A DNA stretch of 64,000 nt, from assembly GCA_963833425.1 (NCBI GenBank), contig CAWHXP010000003.1, positions 256,001-320,000 on the forward strand, written 5' to 3'. Below, piece by piece: positions 46,570-56,669 of the stretch (positions are counted from its first letter, which is position 1; each line of letters opens with the position of its first letter). Under the pieces are notes generated by a model, which had not been told where the DNA came from, did not search any database, and worked only from the letters and a program-made list of their open reading frames with translations. A program made the position numbers and the translations under genes. This DNA comes from an uncultured Methanosarcinaceae archaeon. Its GTDB lineage: Archaea > Halobacteriota > Methanosarcinia > Methanosarcinales > Methanosarcinaceae.

Positions 46570-47787
46570 TTAAAGGACAACTGAATGACTAGGCAGATCT
46601 TTGTAGATGGTATTTCCAGATTCTACCAAACAATCCACAGCTATCGTTACTCCGGCCTTTACAAGTACACTGTTTCCTATCCGGTTATCGTCCCCGAAGA
46701 TGGTACCAAGTCTGGGGGCTCGATGGACTATTCCGTTCATGATGATCAACAGTCCGTCCTTTTCTTCAACAAACAAACCTGAGCCAATTGTATTGTTGCT
46801 TCCAATTATTGAATGAGATATTTGCCCATGTGAGTATATCCTGCAGTCGTTCATTATTATGCTGTTTTGGATCTCGGTAAATGATCTGATAGATACATTA
46901 TTTCCTATTGTTGTGGATGGTAGAATTACAACATTAGGACCGATATCACAATTATCTCCTATGACTACAGGACCTACGATGTAAGTTCCGGAGCGAATTT
47001 TAGTATTTTTTCCTATTGCAACCTTTCCCCGGATTATCACGCCTTCTTCAATTTCTCCCTCTATTATCAAATTCTTTGCAGGATACAAGACTATTGCGTT
47101 TGCTTTTAACAGATCCCAGGCATGGATAGCATCCAACCATTTAGATTCTGTCGGGACGGAAGTAACTGTTTTACCCTCATTGATCATAAGCTGGATAGTA
47201 TCTGTTATTGCATACTCTCCATTTTCCGATATAGAAGTTTTTTCAATAGTTTCAAAAACTTGAGGGGTGAAAATATAAATTCCGGTATTTACAATACGAC
47301 TAATATCACCAGGTCTTTTTTCCAAAATCTTTGTAACCTTTTCTTTTTCTTTCAACACCACACCGTAACCTGCAGTATCCTCCATTCTTAATGTTAGAAG
47401 ACTCGCATCCCCCTTATAATTATTGAGAAGATCAGCTATGGTTCTCGGTTCCACCAGATTATCACCGTTCAGAACAAGAAATCCTGAATCTTCGAAATCA
47501 ATTAATTTTTTCGCTTGTTCGATTGCATGTGCGGTGCCAAGCTGAGCTTTCTGCTCGACATATGATATTTTTACTCCAAAGTTTAGCCCATCTTGAAAAT
47601 AGTCCATTATTCGTTCTTTTTCATAACCAACAACCAATATAATTTCAAATATTCCATTTTTTTCAAGTGAATCAATAACATGCTCCAAAATTGGCCTGTT
47701 GGCGATAGGGAGCATTACTTTTGAACGTGTGAGAGTAAGAGGCCTGCAGCGCAGCCCCTCTCCAGCTGCAAGGATAATAGCTTTCAT
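46570..47787 (-). CDS. Second GlmU-like sugar-1-phosphate nucleotidylyltransferase
   Basis: LAAGEGLRCRPLT, LGTAHA, NGDNL, hexapeptide repeats. Acetyltransferase motifs are diverged. Confidence 0.88.
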   Translation of the reverse strand: MKAIILAAGEGLRCRPLTLTRSKVMLPIANRPILEHVIDSLEKNGIFEIILVVGYEKERIMDYFQDGLNFGVKISYVEQKAQLGTAHAIEQAKKLIDFEDSGFLVLNGDNLVEPRTIADLLNNYKGDASLLTLRMEDTAGYGVVLKEKEKVTKILEKRPGDISRIVNTGIYIFTPQVFETIEKTSISENGEYAITDTIQLMINEGKTVTSVPTESKWLDAIHAWDLLKANAIVLYPAKNLIIEGEIEEGVIIRGKVAIGKNTKIRSGTYIVGPVVIGDNCDIGPNVVILPSTTIGNNVSIRSFTEIQNSIIMNDCRIYSHGQISHSIIGSNNTIGSGLFVEEKDGLLIIMNGIVHRAPRLGTIFGDDNRIGNSVLVKAGVTIAVDCLVESGNTIYKDLPSHSVVL

Positions 47788-48865
47788 AAACTTAATGAAC
47801 CTTTTTTAGAATTTATACATTACCTTTGAAAGTCTTAAATGTGATAGATTTGTTGTAAATATATATATATATATAATGTGTTATCATTGAGAAAAATAAG
47901 CAATCAGAATTATTTTTGATCCTCATAAAAGCGTTTGTTTATTTAAGCAAAACCCCCACTATACACCAATTATTAATTCAATCAAGATTTTGCCCACATC
48001 TCCAGCTTTTGTAGTGAGTCGACAAATTATGGGGACAAAATATATAAAAAAAGATAACCAATAAATATATATATATATAAACACTATCCCCAATCTGAAA
48101 ACCATTTAATCAGAGCAAAAGCTCTTGAATCATACCAACATTAACAGTATTTCCATTAATTGCTATACCCGCGAAAAACTCTAAATTTTGTTTGCAGTGT
48201 CTCAATCGTTGTATAGAATAGAAATATCAATAAATTATGAAGAAGGGAATTAATACATATGAAAAACCGAATTAAATACAGTATAAAAAAATTAGTTTTA
48301 AGTACAAAGCAAATCTGCGAAATTGCCTCTACTCGAAGAAACTCTTCAATTTGAAAATCAGGAAATAACAGCCCTATTTTAGGCTATCTCCTGAATAAGA
48401 ATCTTTTTCTGAACACCGAGTCATTTGATTATTTTTATTTAGCTGAAACTCCGATATGCTTTGGAAAAGGAGTTGTAACACTGGTTTCTAAAGACTGTAT
48501 TCACATTTCCTATGCTAATGTTTTTCAAGCTGAATTTAAAAAAGAGCTAATTAATGAGAAATTTCTATAATTTATGTCCCCTTTTTGTTATAATTTCTAT
48601 CAATTGATAGGATTGGAAATAAAATAAGTATTTGGGGATTTTAGGAGCTATCTATAAAAATCAAAGAATGATGAATCAAAAAATAAAGACTTAGGCAATA
48701 CAGGGATTCTCACTAAATATTTAAACAGTCTTTCTGCAAACAAAAAACAAGATCTGAATGTTAACCTCGTAGATTACGAACCATCTTACAACCTTTATGT
48801 ATCCAACTTGGCTCCAAATCCTGAAACACATTTCTTTTTGTACCTGGTATTATTATAGACTGGAA

Positions 48866-49013
48866 TACCTTTTGAGAAACCTCTGACATTCACGAGCCAA
48901 TTATATATTACACTAGTCAATTATATATTTCATTAGTCAATCATACATTTCACCAGTCAAATTTATATTATTTACAAATATAGGACGAAATTTAGAGGTT
49001 TATCGGAATCTTC
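48866..49013. mobile_element. MITE copy expanded by an internal 20-bp tandem repeat
   Basis: Ends TTTGAGAAACCTCTGA and AGAGGTTTATCGGAATCTT. Three imperfect units CAATTATATATT(A/T)CA(C/T)TAGT at 48898-48957. Confidence 0.75.
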
Positions 49014-49161
49014 AAAATTGATTTTCGTATTAAATTTTCATCAAGAAATACATTTATTACCTTTGCTTATTTTAGTGATATTGTAAATCTCCATCTACAT
49101 TTTAAATATTTCGCATAGTTCCAAAACTCTAATATATCATTGTTCCAATTTAAAAGCTTCA

Positions 49162-49767
49162 ATGGTTGTGAAGATTGCAGTATTGGTATCTGGAAGGGGT
49201 TCGAATCTTCAGACAATTATAAACAGCATCGAAAAGGGCTACGTAAAGAATGCGGAAATCAATGTGATTATTTCCAATAAGGAAGATTCCTATGCACTTG
49301 AAAGAGGCAGGAATCATGGAATAAACACTGTTTTTCTTAATCCGAGTAAGTGTGACAAAGCAGGATATGATCGAAAAATACTTGAGATCTTGAAACGGTA
49401 TGATATTGACCTTCTTCTACTTGCAGGTTATTTTCAGCTTTTAGGACCCGAAATTATAGAGGCATACAGAAACAGGATCCTGAATATTCATCCATCTATT
49501 CTCCCATCTTTCAAAGGACTCCATGCCCAGAAGCAGGCACTCGAATATGGGGTAAAAGTTGCAGGGTGTACCGTACACTTTGTAGATGAAGGACTTGATT
49601 CCGGTCCTATAATCCTTCAGAGCTGCGTGCCTGTACTCCAAGGGGATAATGAAGAAACTCTTGCTGCCAGAATCCTCGAACAGGAACATATTATCTATCC
49701 CGAAGCTGTCAGGCTCTTTGTAGAGGGTAAACTTAAAATTGAGGGTAGAACTGTAGTATCCCTTTAA
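49162..49767 (+). CDS. purN: Phosphoribosylglycinamide formyltransferase
   Basis: SGRGSNLQ, NIHPSILP, GCTVHFVDEGLDSGPII, EQEH. Confidence 0.97.
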   Translation: MVVKIAVLVSGRGSNLQTIINSIEKGYVKNAEINVIISNKEDSYALERGRNHGINTVFLNPSKCDKAGYDRKILEILKRYDIDLLLLAGYFQLLGPEIIEAYRNRILNIHPSILPSFKGLHAQKQALEYGVKVAGCTVHFVDEGLDSGPIILQSCVPVLQGDNEETLAARILEQEHIIYPEAVRLFVEGKLKIEGRTVVSL

Positions 49768-50202
49768 TTGATCAAGCGATTGAATTAATGCTCAAACCAG
49801 AATAGAGTTTACATATCAATAGCTTCTTTGATGCCTGTTTAGTTATCAATAATTCAAATTGGATGCTTCCAAGAAACATTAAGACTCAAAAAATATCCAG
49901 ATTTCAAAATCTACTGTACTTCAAAAAAAACAGGAATTTTTCTCTGGAAGTTTTAATAGTTCAGTATACAGAACCTCACGTATAATATATTATAAAAAAG
50001 GTTATAATGTTGTTTAAGGGCTCCAGTTTGTTCGATGATCTTAATCAGCTAAACCCCATTTTCTTGAAACTTCAAATTCTTGAATACCTTCACGATATGA
50101 AGCTTGCAAGCATCTGCTTATGAATATTAATCAATCCTAATCCAGCAAAAAATTCTTGATTTAAATAGGTTATAGATGTAATATGATACTCAGGTGACAG
50201 TA

Positions 50203-51441
50203 ATGTCTTATATTGATAAAATCGATCCGGAAATGTCCGAGGCTATCAAAAAAGAAGCCGAACGTCAGGAATACAAATTGAACCTGATTGCGTCTGAAAA
50301 TTATGCAAGTAAAGCCGTTATGGAAGCCCAGGGCTCAATTATGACTAACAAATATGCAGAGGGATATTCTGGCAAGCGATACTACGGAGGCTGCGACTTT
50401 GTCGATATCGCTGAAGATCTTGCGATCTCCAGGGCAAAAGAGATATTTAAGGCAAAATATATTAACGTCCAGCCACATTCAGGTTCAGGAGCCAACATGG
50501 CTGTCTATTTCTCGGTATTAAATCCTGGAGATACCATCATGTCAATGAACCTATCTCACGGAGGGCATCTTTCCCATGGTAGTCCTGTAAGTTTTTCCGG
50601 AAAGCTTTACAATGTTGTTCCCTACGGAGTTAGCAAAAAAACTGAAACTATTGACTATACGGAACTCTTGGAAGTGGCAAAGGAATGTAAGCCAAAAATG
50701 ATTGTCTGCGGCGCGTCTGCTTATCCACGTGAAATAGATTTCAAGCAGTTCAGGGAAATTGCTGATGAAGTTGGCGCATATCTTCTTGCAGATATTGCAC
50801 ATATCGCAGGGCTTGTAGTTGCAGGCGTGCACCAGAGTCCTGTGCCTTATGCGGATTTCGTTACTACCACTACCCACAAGACTCTTCGTGGTCCACGGGG
50901 CGGAATGATCATATCGAGGACAGAAGAGCTAGCATTAGGAATTAATAAGTCTGTTTTCCCGGGTATCCAGGGTGGTCCTTTCATGCATATCATAGCTGGT
51001 AAGGCAGTGGCTTTGAAGGAAGCAATGAGCGAAAAATTCAGGAAGGACCAGTTTCAGACCGTAAATAATGCAAAAACTCTTTGTAAGTGTCTAAAAGATA
51101 GGGGATTTTATATCGTTTCTGGCGGAACAGACAACCATCTTATGCTTGTCGACCTGAATAATATGGACATCACAGGCAAGGATGCGGAAATATCCCTGAG
51201 TAAAGCTGGGATTATTGCAAACAAGAATACAGTCCCCTTCGAAACCCGTAGCCCGTTTGTCACTAGCGGAATAAGGCTTGGGACTCCTGCCTGTACTACA
51301 AGGGGTATGAAGGAAAAAGAAATGGAATTGATTGCAGAATATATCGAAATCTCGATCAAAAATCAGGCAAATGAGAAGCTTCTTTCTGAAACAAGTCGCA
51401 ATGTAAGGAAACTTTGCTCAAGGTTCCCGGTTTATTGCTAA
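50203..51441 (+). CDS. glyA: Serine hydroxymethyltransferase (bacterial H4F type)
   Basis: [38 protein letters not shown]. Confidence 0.97.
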   Translation: MSYIDKIDPEMSEAIKKEAERQEYKLNLIASENYASKAVMEAQGSIMTNKYAEGYSGKRYYGGCDFVDIAEDLAISRAKEIFKAKYINVQPHSGSGANMAVYFSVLNPGDTIMSMNLSHGGHLSHGSPVSFSGKLYNVVPYGVSKKTETIDYTELLEVAKECKPKMIVCGASAYPREIDFKQFREIADEVGAYLLADIAHIAGLVVAGVHQSPVPYADFVTTTTHKTLRGPRGGMIISRTEELALGINKSVFPGIQGGPFMHIIAGKAVALKEAMSEKFRKDQFQTVNNAKTLCKCLKDRGFYIVSGGTDNHLMLVDLNNMDITGKDAEISLSKAGIIANKNTVPFETRSPFVTSGIRLGTPACTTRGMKEKEMELIAEYIEISIKNQANEKLLSETSRNVRKLCSRFPVYC

Positions 51442-51467
51442 ACTAAAAGGTTAGGGTGTTCTTACCA

Positions 51468-52331
51468 ATGTCAAAAGAAAGCTATTATTCACGGATAATA
51501 GACGGGAAATTTCTTGCCCAGCAGATCGAAGAAGAAGTAAGATCAGGAGTCAAAGAACTGAAAAACAGCCTTGGAGTTATCCCAGCCCTTGCAACAATTC
51601 TCGTTGGTGAAGATCCTGCTTCCAAGATGTATGTCCACCTCAAGCACAAGGCCTGTGAACGTGTCGGTATTAAAGCAGAAGACTACCTTCTTCCGGCAGA
51701 AGCCAGTCAGGATGAACTTTTTTCCCTTATTGATACTCTTAACAGAGATATAAATGTGCATGCGATCCTGCTTCAGCTTCCACTTCCAAAGCATCTTTCT
51801 TCCCAGGAAGCAATGGAAGCGATAACTCCTACAAAAGATGCAGATGGTTTTCATCCTTACAATATGGGAAAACTCATGATCGGAAATGAAGGTCTTGTTC
51901 CCTGTACCCCCCATGGAATTATCCGAGTTCTTGAGGAGTATAATGTGTCTGTAAAAGGCAAAAATGTGGTTATCATCGGACACAGCAATGTTGTTGGAAA
52001 ACCCATGGCAGCAATGTTTTTAAATCGCAATGCAACTGTTTCAGTTTGCCATGTGTTTACAGATAATCTTAAAAAATATACCCTTGTAGCTGATATCCTT
52101 GTAGTTGCAGCAGGAGTAAAAGACCTTGTCAAAGCTGATATGATAAAAGAAGGAGTAGTTATCTTTGATGTGGGTATCACCAAGGAAGAAAACAGCGTAT
52201 ATGGAGACGTCGATTTTGAAAACGTAATCAAAAAAGCTTTTCTCCTTACTCCGGTTCCAGGGGGCATCGGTCCGATTACGATCGCCATTTTAATGAAGCA
52301 TGTGTTAATGTGTGCAGAAAAATATTTCTAA
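51468..52331 (+). CDS. folD: Methylene-H4F dehydrogenase/cyclohydrolase
   Basis: YVHLK, QLPLP, KDADGFHP, PCTPHG, TPVPGGIGP. Confidence 0.96.
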   Translation: MSKESYYSRIIDGKFLAQQIEEEVRSGVKELKNSLGVIPALATILVGEDPASKMYVHLKHKACERVGIKAEDYLLPAEASQDELFSLIDTLNRDINVHAILLQLPLPKHLSSQEAMEAITPTKDADGFHPYNMGKLMIGNEGLVPCTPHGIIRVLEEYNVSVKGKNVVIIGHSNVVGKPMAAMFLNRNATVSVCHVFTDNLKKYTLVADILVVAAGVKDLVKADMIKEGVVIFDVGITKEENSVYGDVDFENVIKKAFLLTPVPGGIGPITIAILMKHVLMCAEKYF

Positions 52332-52865
52332 AACTTTCTTTTTTCAGATTTTTTTCTCCACAAGGCCCTCATAAATTTAAAATCAAAGCATAATGAATCA
52401 AAAAGGAAAAAATCGGATCAAATGCAGAAATTAGTGAGAAAAATATAAATAGGTTTACCAATAAGGAAAAAAACTAGAATTAAATAGTAATTTTCTTAAT
52501 ATATATGTTAAATTTTTTTCCTGTGAACTATATCTGAAGAATTGTGAAACTATCAGAATAATAATTTGAAACTTCGGCAAATAAGAATTATTTAGAAATC
52601 AAATCACCGTGTTAGTACCTGATATTCTTACTCCCATATTTTCATACTAAAACAAAAATAATTATTTATCTAATTATGGCAGATTATAAAAATTTGACTT
52701 CTTTTTTGACATAACAAGTATAATATAGTAGCAATTATTTTTTAGAGCCAATTTTTCAATCAATACGTGATATTATTTTTTACAATTTTATTAAATCAAT
52801 TTCACACATCAATATTTATATGTATCATTGAAGCGTATTTTATAGCATTCGGAGTTATCATTTGT

Positions 52866-52955
52866 AAAGATTCCGATAAATCCCTCAATTTCGTCATATG
52901 CTTATAATTTGTATATAATTGGTTCTTGGAAATCAGAGATTTATTGAAATCCTCT
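52866..52955. mobile_element. ~90-bp IS5-derived MITE
   Basis: AAAGATTCCGATAAATCCCTC...CAGAGATTTATTGAAATCCTCT. The reverse complement aligns end-to-end with 56283-56372. Confidence 0.85.
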
Positions 52956-53343
52956 TTATTATAAGTCTGTAAGCAATTCTACCTTATAAATCGCGGTTTC
53001 TATCCGTAAATCTCTAGTGACTAAATAAAAAGGTTTTTTTCAGGAATATCACAATATATTTTAAATAGGCGGAATGTAATGAATCGGAAACTTTTGAACA
53101 TCTTCTGGTATTGCAAAAATTCATAATTATTTCTCACATTCTGCGACTTCGATAATTCATGAATTCAAAAAATAATAAAAATTTTTATGGATCTCCGTCA
53201 TAGCGCAAAGGCCAATCGCTGAAAAGATCTAATTACTGAAAAGATCCGTGAATTAGGTTATCATAATTATCTTCTTACAAATGTTGATTATGCACTTGTT
53301 GGCGTAAGTTGATTCACAAATAGATATAATCTGGTTGCCAAAA

Positions 53344-54564
53344 ATGGTCGTTGATGCTGATATCTGCGGAATAAAGGTGGGAGATAGATACCCTTCACAT
53401 ATAATGGGTATAATTAACCTGAGCCCTGAATCCTTTTACGAAAGCTCTGTTGTGAGCCAGGATTCAGTACTTGAGGTTGCTCTAAAGATGGTTGAAGCTG
53501 GAGCAACTTTCTTGGATCTTGGAGCCCGTTCAACCTGGCGTTTTTCCGAACAAATAAGCAAGAAAGAAGAATTAGAACGCATTTTACCAGCTCTAGAGGC
53601 TCTTGAAGGCAATGTGGATGCAGCGATTTCCGTGGATACAATGTTTCCCGAAATCGCAGAAGGAGCTCTCAAAAAAGGAGCCGAGATTATAAACGACATC
53701 TCCGGTTTTACCGCAAACCCTCGAATGATTGAAGTAGTCGCAGAATATGGGTGTCCTGCAGTTGTCATGGCCTCTATAAAAGTTCCCGGCGATGTGTTGG
53801 GAATGAACTCAGTCATTGAAGCACTTGATTCTATAATAGGGGCTGCTGAAGCTGGAGGAGTCAACCAGAAAAATTTGATACTGGACCCTGCAATAGGTAG
53901 CTGGACAAAATTTAAGCTTCCTATGCATGATTTTGAAATCCTTGATGATTTTGAACGCCTTAATATTTTTGAAAAGCCTTTACTGGCAGCTCTTTCAAGA
54001 AAATCCTTCATAGGGGAGGTACTTGGAAAACCTGCAACTGAGAGGCTTTATGGCAGCTTGGCGGCAGCAGCTATTGCAGTCTACAAGGGTGCTCATATTA
54101 TTCGTACGCATGACGTATCTGAGACCTTTGACGTTGTAAGGCTTATAGGAGCTCTAAGAAGGCGGGCAAGTGTAGTAAAAGATGGCATACATGAAGTTTC
54201 TGTTTTTGAGATAAAGACCCCTCAGGATGCAGCAGTAGCAATGCGGAAAATTGGGGCAACAAGGATAAACTCACAGGTAATGCAGTACAAAAGCATTCAT
54301 TTAATGCTGAAAATTCGTAACCTTTCAACGACAGAGGGTCTCATAATAAAACAAGAAATGCTTGCTATGGGGGGGGATGCAGCCTTGAAAAGGAATGCAG
54401 TTACCCATGAAACGGAAACGACTGATGCCCTTATAATTGGCACTATGATGCAACTTGAGCGCTTTGCCAAAAAACTTAAGATGCAAGATCACTCCCTTCC
54501 ACTTATTGGCGAAATGATCTACGAATGTATTGCAAACCGAAACGATATGGAATATCGATATTAG
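53344..54564 (+). CDS. folP: Dihydropteroate synthase with extra C-terminal domain
   Basis: MGIINLSPESF, ISVDT, INDISG, LILDPAIG, SRKSFIG, IIRTHDV, plus a ~130-aa C-terminal extension. Confidence 0.94.
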   Translation: MVVDADICGIKVGDRYPSHIMGIINLSPESFYESSVVSQDSVLEVALKMVEAGATFLDLGARSTWRFSEQISKKEELERILPALEALEGNVDAAISVDTMFPEIAEGALKKGAEIINDISGFTANPRMIEVVAEYGCPAVVMASIKVPGDVLGMNSVIEALDSIIGAAEAGGVNQKNLILDPAIGSWTKFKLPMHDFEILDDFERLNIFEKPLLAALSRKSFIGEVLGKPATERLYGSLAAAAIAVYKGAHIIRTHDVSETFDVVRLIGALRRRASVVKDGIHEVSVFEIKTPQDAAVAMRKIGATRINSQVMQYKSIHLMLKIRNLSTTEGLIIKQEMLAMGGDAALKRNAVTHETETTDALIIGTMMQLERFAKKLKMQDHSLPLIGEMIYECIANRNDMEYRY

Positions 54565-54572
54565 AGGTAATT

Positions 54573-55187
54573 ATGATTATAACTTCAGCAAAACCCTTTG
54601 AGGTAATTCTTGCCCTCTTAAAAAATGAAGACAACATGTTCGTTATCGGATGCAATGTCTGCGCGGCAAAACTAAGGATTGGCGGGGAACCAGAAATTCT
54701 TGAAATGTGCAGAAAACTTGAGGAGAGTGGTAAGCATGTAGTAGGTTGGGCTCTTCCTACTGCAGCCTGTAGCATACGGTCTTTTGAGTCTTTGGTTGAG
54801 AAAAATGAGAAAATAGCTGAAGCTTGCTGTATCCTTGTAATGGGCTGCGGCAGTGGCGTTTCCTCCGTATCTAATGTAGTGGATGTTCCTGTGTACGGCT
54901 CAACAGATACAATTTCCTTAGGTGGATCGAGCGGGGGTAAGCTTATTCACAATCAGTGCATCATGTGTGGGAACTGTATCATAGGCGAATTCGGCGGAAT
55001 CTGTCCTAAAGCCCAATGCGCAAAAGGACTTTTGAACGGGCCTTGTGGAGGTAATGTTGACGGTAAGTGTGAAATCGACAGGTTGAAAGATTGTGCATGG
55101 ACTATTATTTATGAGCGTTTGAAGAAAATTGAGAGGCTTGATCTTCTTTACATTGTACATACCCCCCAGGAGCATGGTTTTAAATAA
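54573..55187 (+). CDS. metV: MetV-like Fe-S/Zn subunit (MTHFR_C domain)
   Basis: GCNVCA..GGE, GCGSGV, CIMCGNC..GGICP..CAKGLLNGPCGG..GKCE..CAW. GAGGT RBS before ATG 54573. Confidence 0.88.
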   Translation: MIITSAKPFEVILALLKNEDNMFVIGCNVCAAKLRIGGEPEILEMCRKLEESGKHVVGWALPTAACSIRSFESLVEKNEKIAEACCILVMGCGSGVSSVSNVVDVPVYGSTDTISLGGSSGGKLIHNQCIMCGNCIIGEFGGICPKAQCAKGLLNGPCGGNVDGKCEIDRLKDCAWTIIYERLKKIERLDLLYIVHTPQEHGFK

Positions 55188-55211
55188 TTTCATTTCTAGT
55201 ATTCTTATTTG

Positions 55212-56090
55212 ATGCATCTCAATTTTCGTGAAAAACTGAATTCCAGCAAATTTCTGGTTACTGCTGAAATCTCTCCTCCGAAGGGAACTAACTTTTCAGT
55301 TCCCTTGGAAGATGCTAGCCAGCTCAAAGGCGTTGTAGATGCTCTAAACGTCACTGACAATCAATGCTCGATAATGCATATGAGTTCCTTAGCTTTTAGT
55401 AAGCTTCTGCTCGATGATGGACACGAGCCCATTATGCAGTTAACTTGCCGTGACAGGAATAGACTTGGACTTCAGTCAGATCTTTTGGGTGCTTATGCTT
55501 TGGGTATACGGAATATTTGCTTAATGACCGGGGATTTTCCTTCGTGTGGAGATCATCCTGGCTCAAAGCCTGTATATGATCTCGATTCTGTGCAGCTTCT
55601 TCAAATTGTTAGGAAACTTGATTCTGGCGTTGATTTTGCAGGAAATAAATTAAAAGGAGGAACTTCTTTCTGTACTGGTGCTGTCTCCGGAATAAAGCCT
55701 GACAATCCCCTGCAACTCATAAAGCTTGAAAAAAAAGTTAAGTGTGGAGCTAATTTTATCCAGACCCAGGCTGTCTTTGATTTAGGTATGTTTGAGGAAT
55801 TTATGGAAGCCATAAACTACCTCGATGTACCTGTAATTGCAGGTTTGATCCCTCTTAAGTCCCTTGCAATGGCTGAATTCATGAACAGAAACATATCTGG
55901 AATCAGTGTACCTGAGGAAATAATGCTCCGCATGAGAAAGACATCTAATCCGGTGGAAGAAGGCATTTTTATAGCATCAGAAATTATATCCGAACTCGCT
56001 AAATTTTCGAGAGGAATCCATATTATGCCTATAGGCTCTCATAGAAATACACCAAGGTTACTTTATATGACCGGACTCCTCGGAAAGTAA
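55212..56090 (+). CDS. metF: Methylenetetrahydrofolate reductase
   Basis: EISPPKG, NVTDN, QLTCRDRNR, TGD, GANFIQTQAVFD, GIHIM. Confidence 0.94.
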   Translation: MHLNFREKLNSSKFLVTAEISPPKGTNFSVPLEDASQLKGVVDALNVTDNQCSIMHMSSLAFSKLLLDDGHEPIMQLTCRDRNRLGLQSDLLGAYALGIRNICLMTGDFPSCGDHPGSKPVYDLDSVQLLQIVRKLDSGVDFAGNKLKGGTSFCTGAVSGIKPDNPLQLIKLEKKVKCGANFIQTQAVFDLGMFEEFMEAINYLDVPVIAGLIPLKSLAMAEFMNRNISGISVPEEIMLRMRKTSNPVEEGIFIASEIISELAKFSRGIHIMPIGSHRNTPRLLYMTGLLGK

Positions 56091-56282
56091 TCCTCTAAAT
56101 ATAGATAATATCCTCAATAGCTAGTACAGTTTCCTCTTCTTCCTTGATAAAGAACGGAGGTAGATCCAAAATAATTTGGGTGATAAATCATTCACCATCG
56201 TTCAACGATTATTATACACAATTTTTAGTCTCATGCATAGCGAATTTTCGACATATGTTCAAATATTGGCATAAAAAATAAT

Positions 56283-56372
56283 TAAGGATTTAAATAAATT
56301 TTTGATTTCCAAGAGTCATTTGTATGCAATTAATACGCATACGATGGAATTAAGGATTAATCGAAATCCTCT
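56283..56372. mobile_element. ~90-bp IS5-derived MITE
   Basis: TAAGGATTTAAATAAATTTTTGATTTCCAAGA...GGATTAATCGAAATCCTCT; inverted homolog of 52866-52955. Confidence 0.85.
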
Positions 56373-56669
56373 GAATATACGTAAGACTGAGAAAAATCTT
56401 TCAATATTGTTGCAATGTTGTATCAGGGCTAAGAATAGATCTCATTGAACAAATAAAAATGTTGATTTAATAAGTAAATTTGGCAAAAAATACCCTCCTG
56501 AATGGAAAAAAAATGGGATGTAGAATCGGAATATTGAGTAAAAAAGATTTCAAGAAACTCATATGTTTCAAATCATACATTGCAAGAATCTATTTTTTAA
56601 TACAATCTGGTATGTGGGGAGCGTGCATAATTTCTGTAAAACTGTATCCCATAATCTTTTTTTGGACTA

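Noticed and set aside
48898..48957. CRISPR-like mini-array
   Set aside because: The units are contiguous with no spacers and there are no cas genes; it is a simple tandem repeat inside a MITE.
49196..49212. GGTTCGAATC T-loop-like motif suggesting a tRNA
   Set aside because: It lies in purN coding sequence (GRGSNL) and there is no cloverleaf.
53436..54011. Long antisense ORFs over folP (also over folD, tldD, lonB, glmU, cofE)
   Set aside because: Shadow frames of well-supported genes on the opposite strand.
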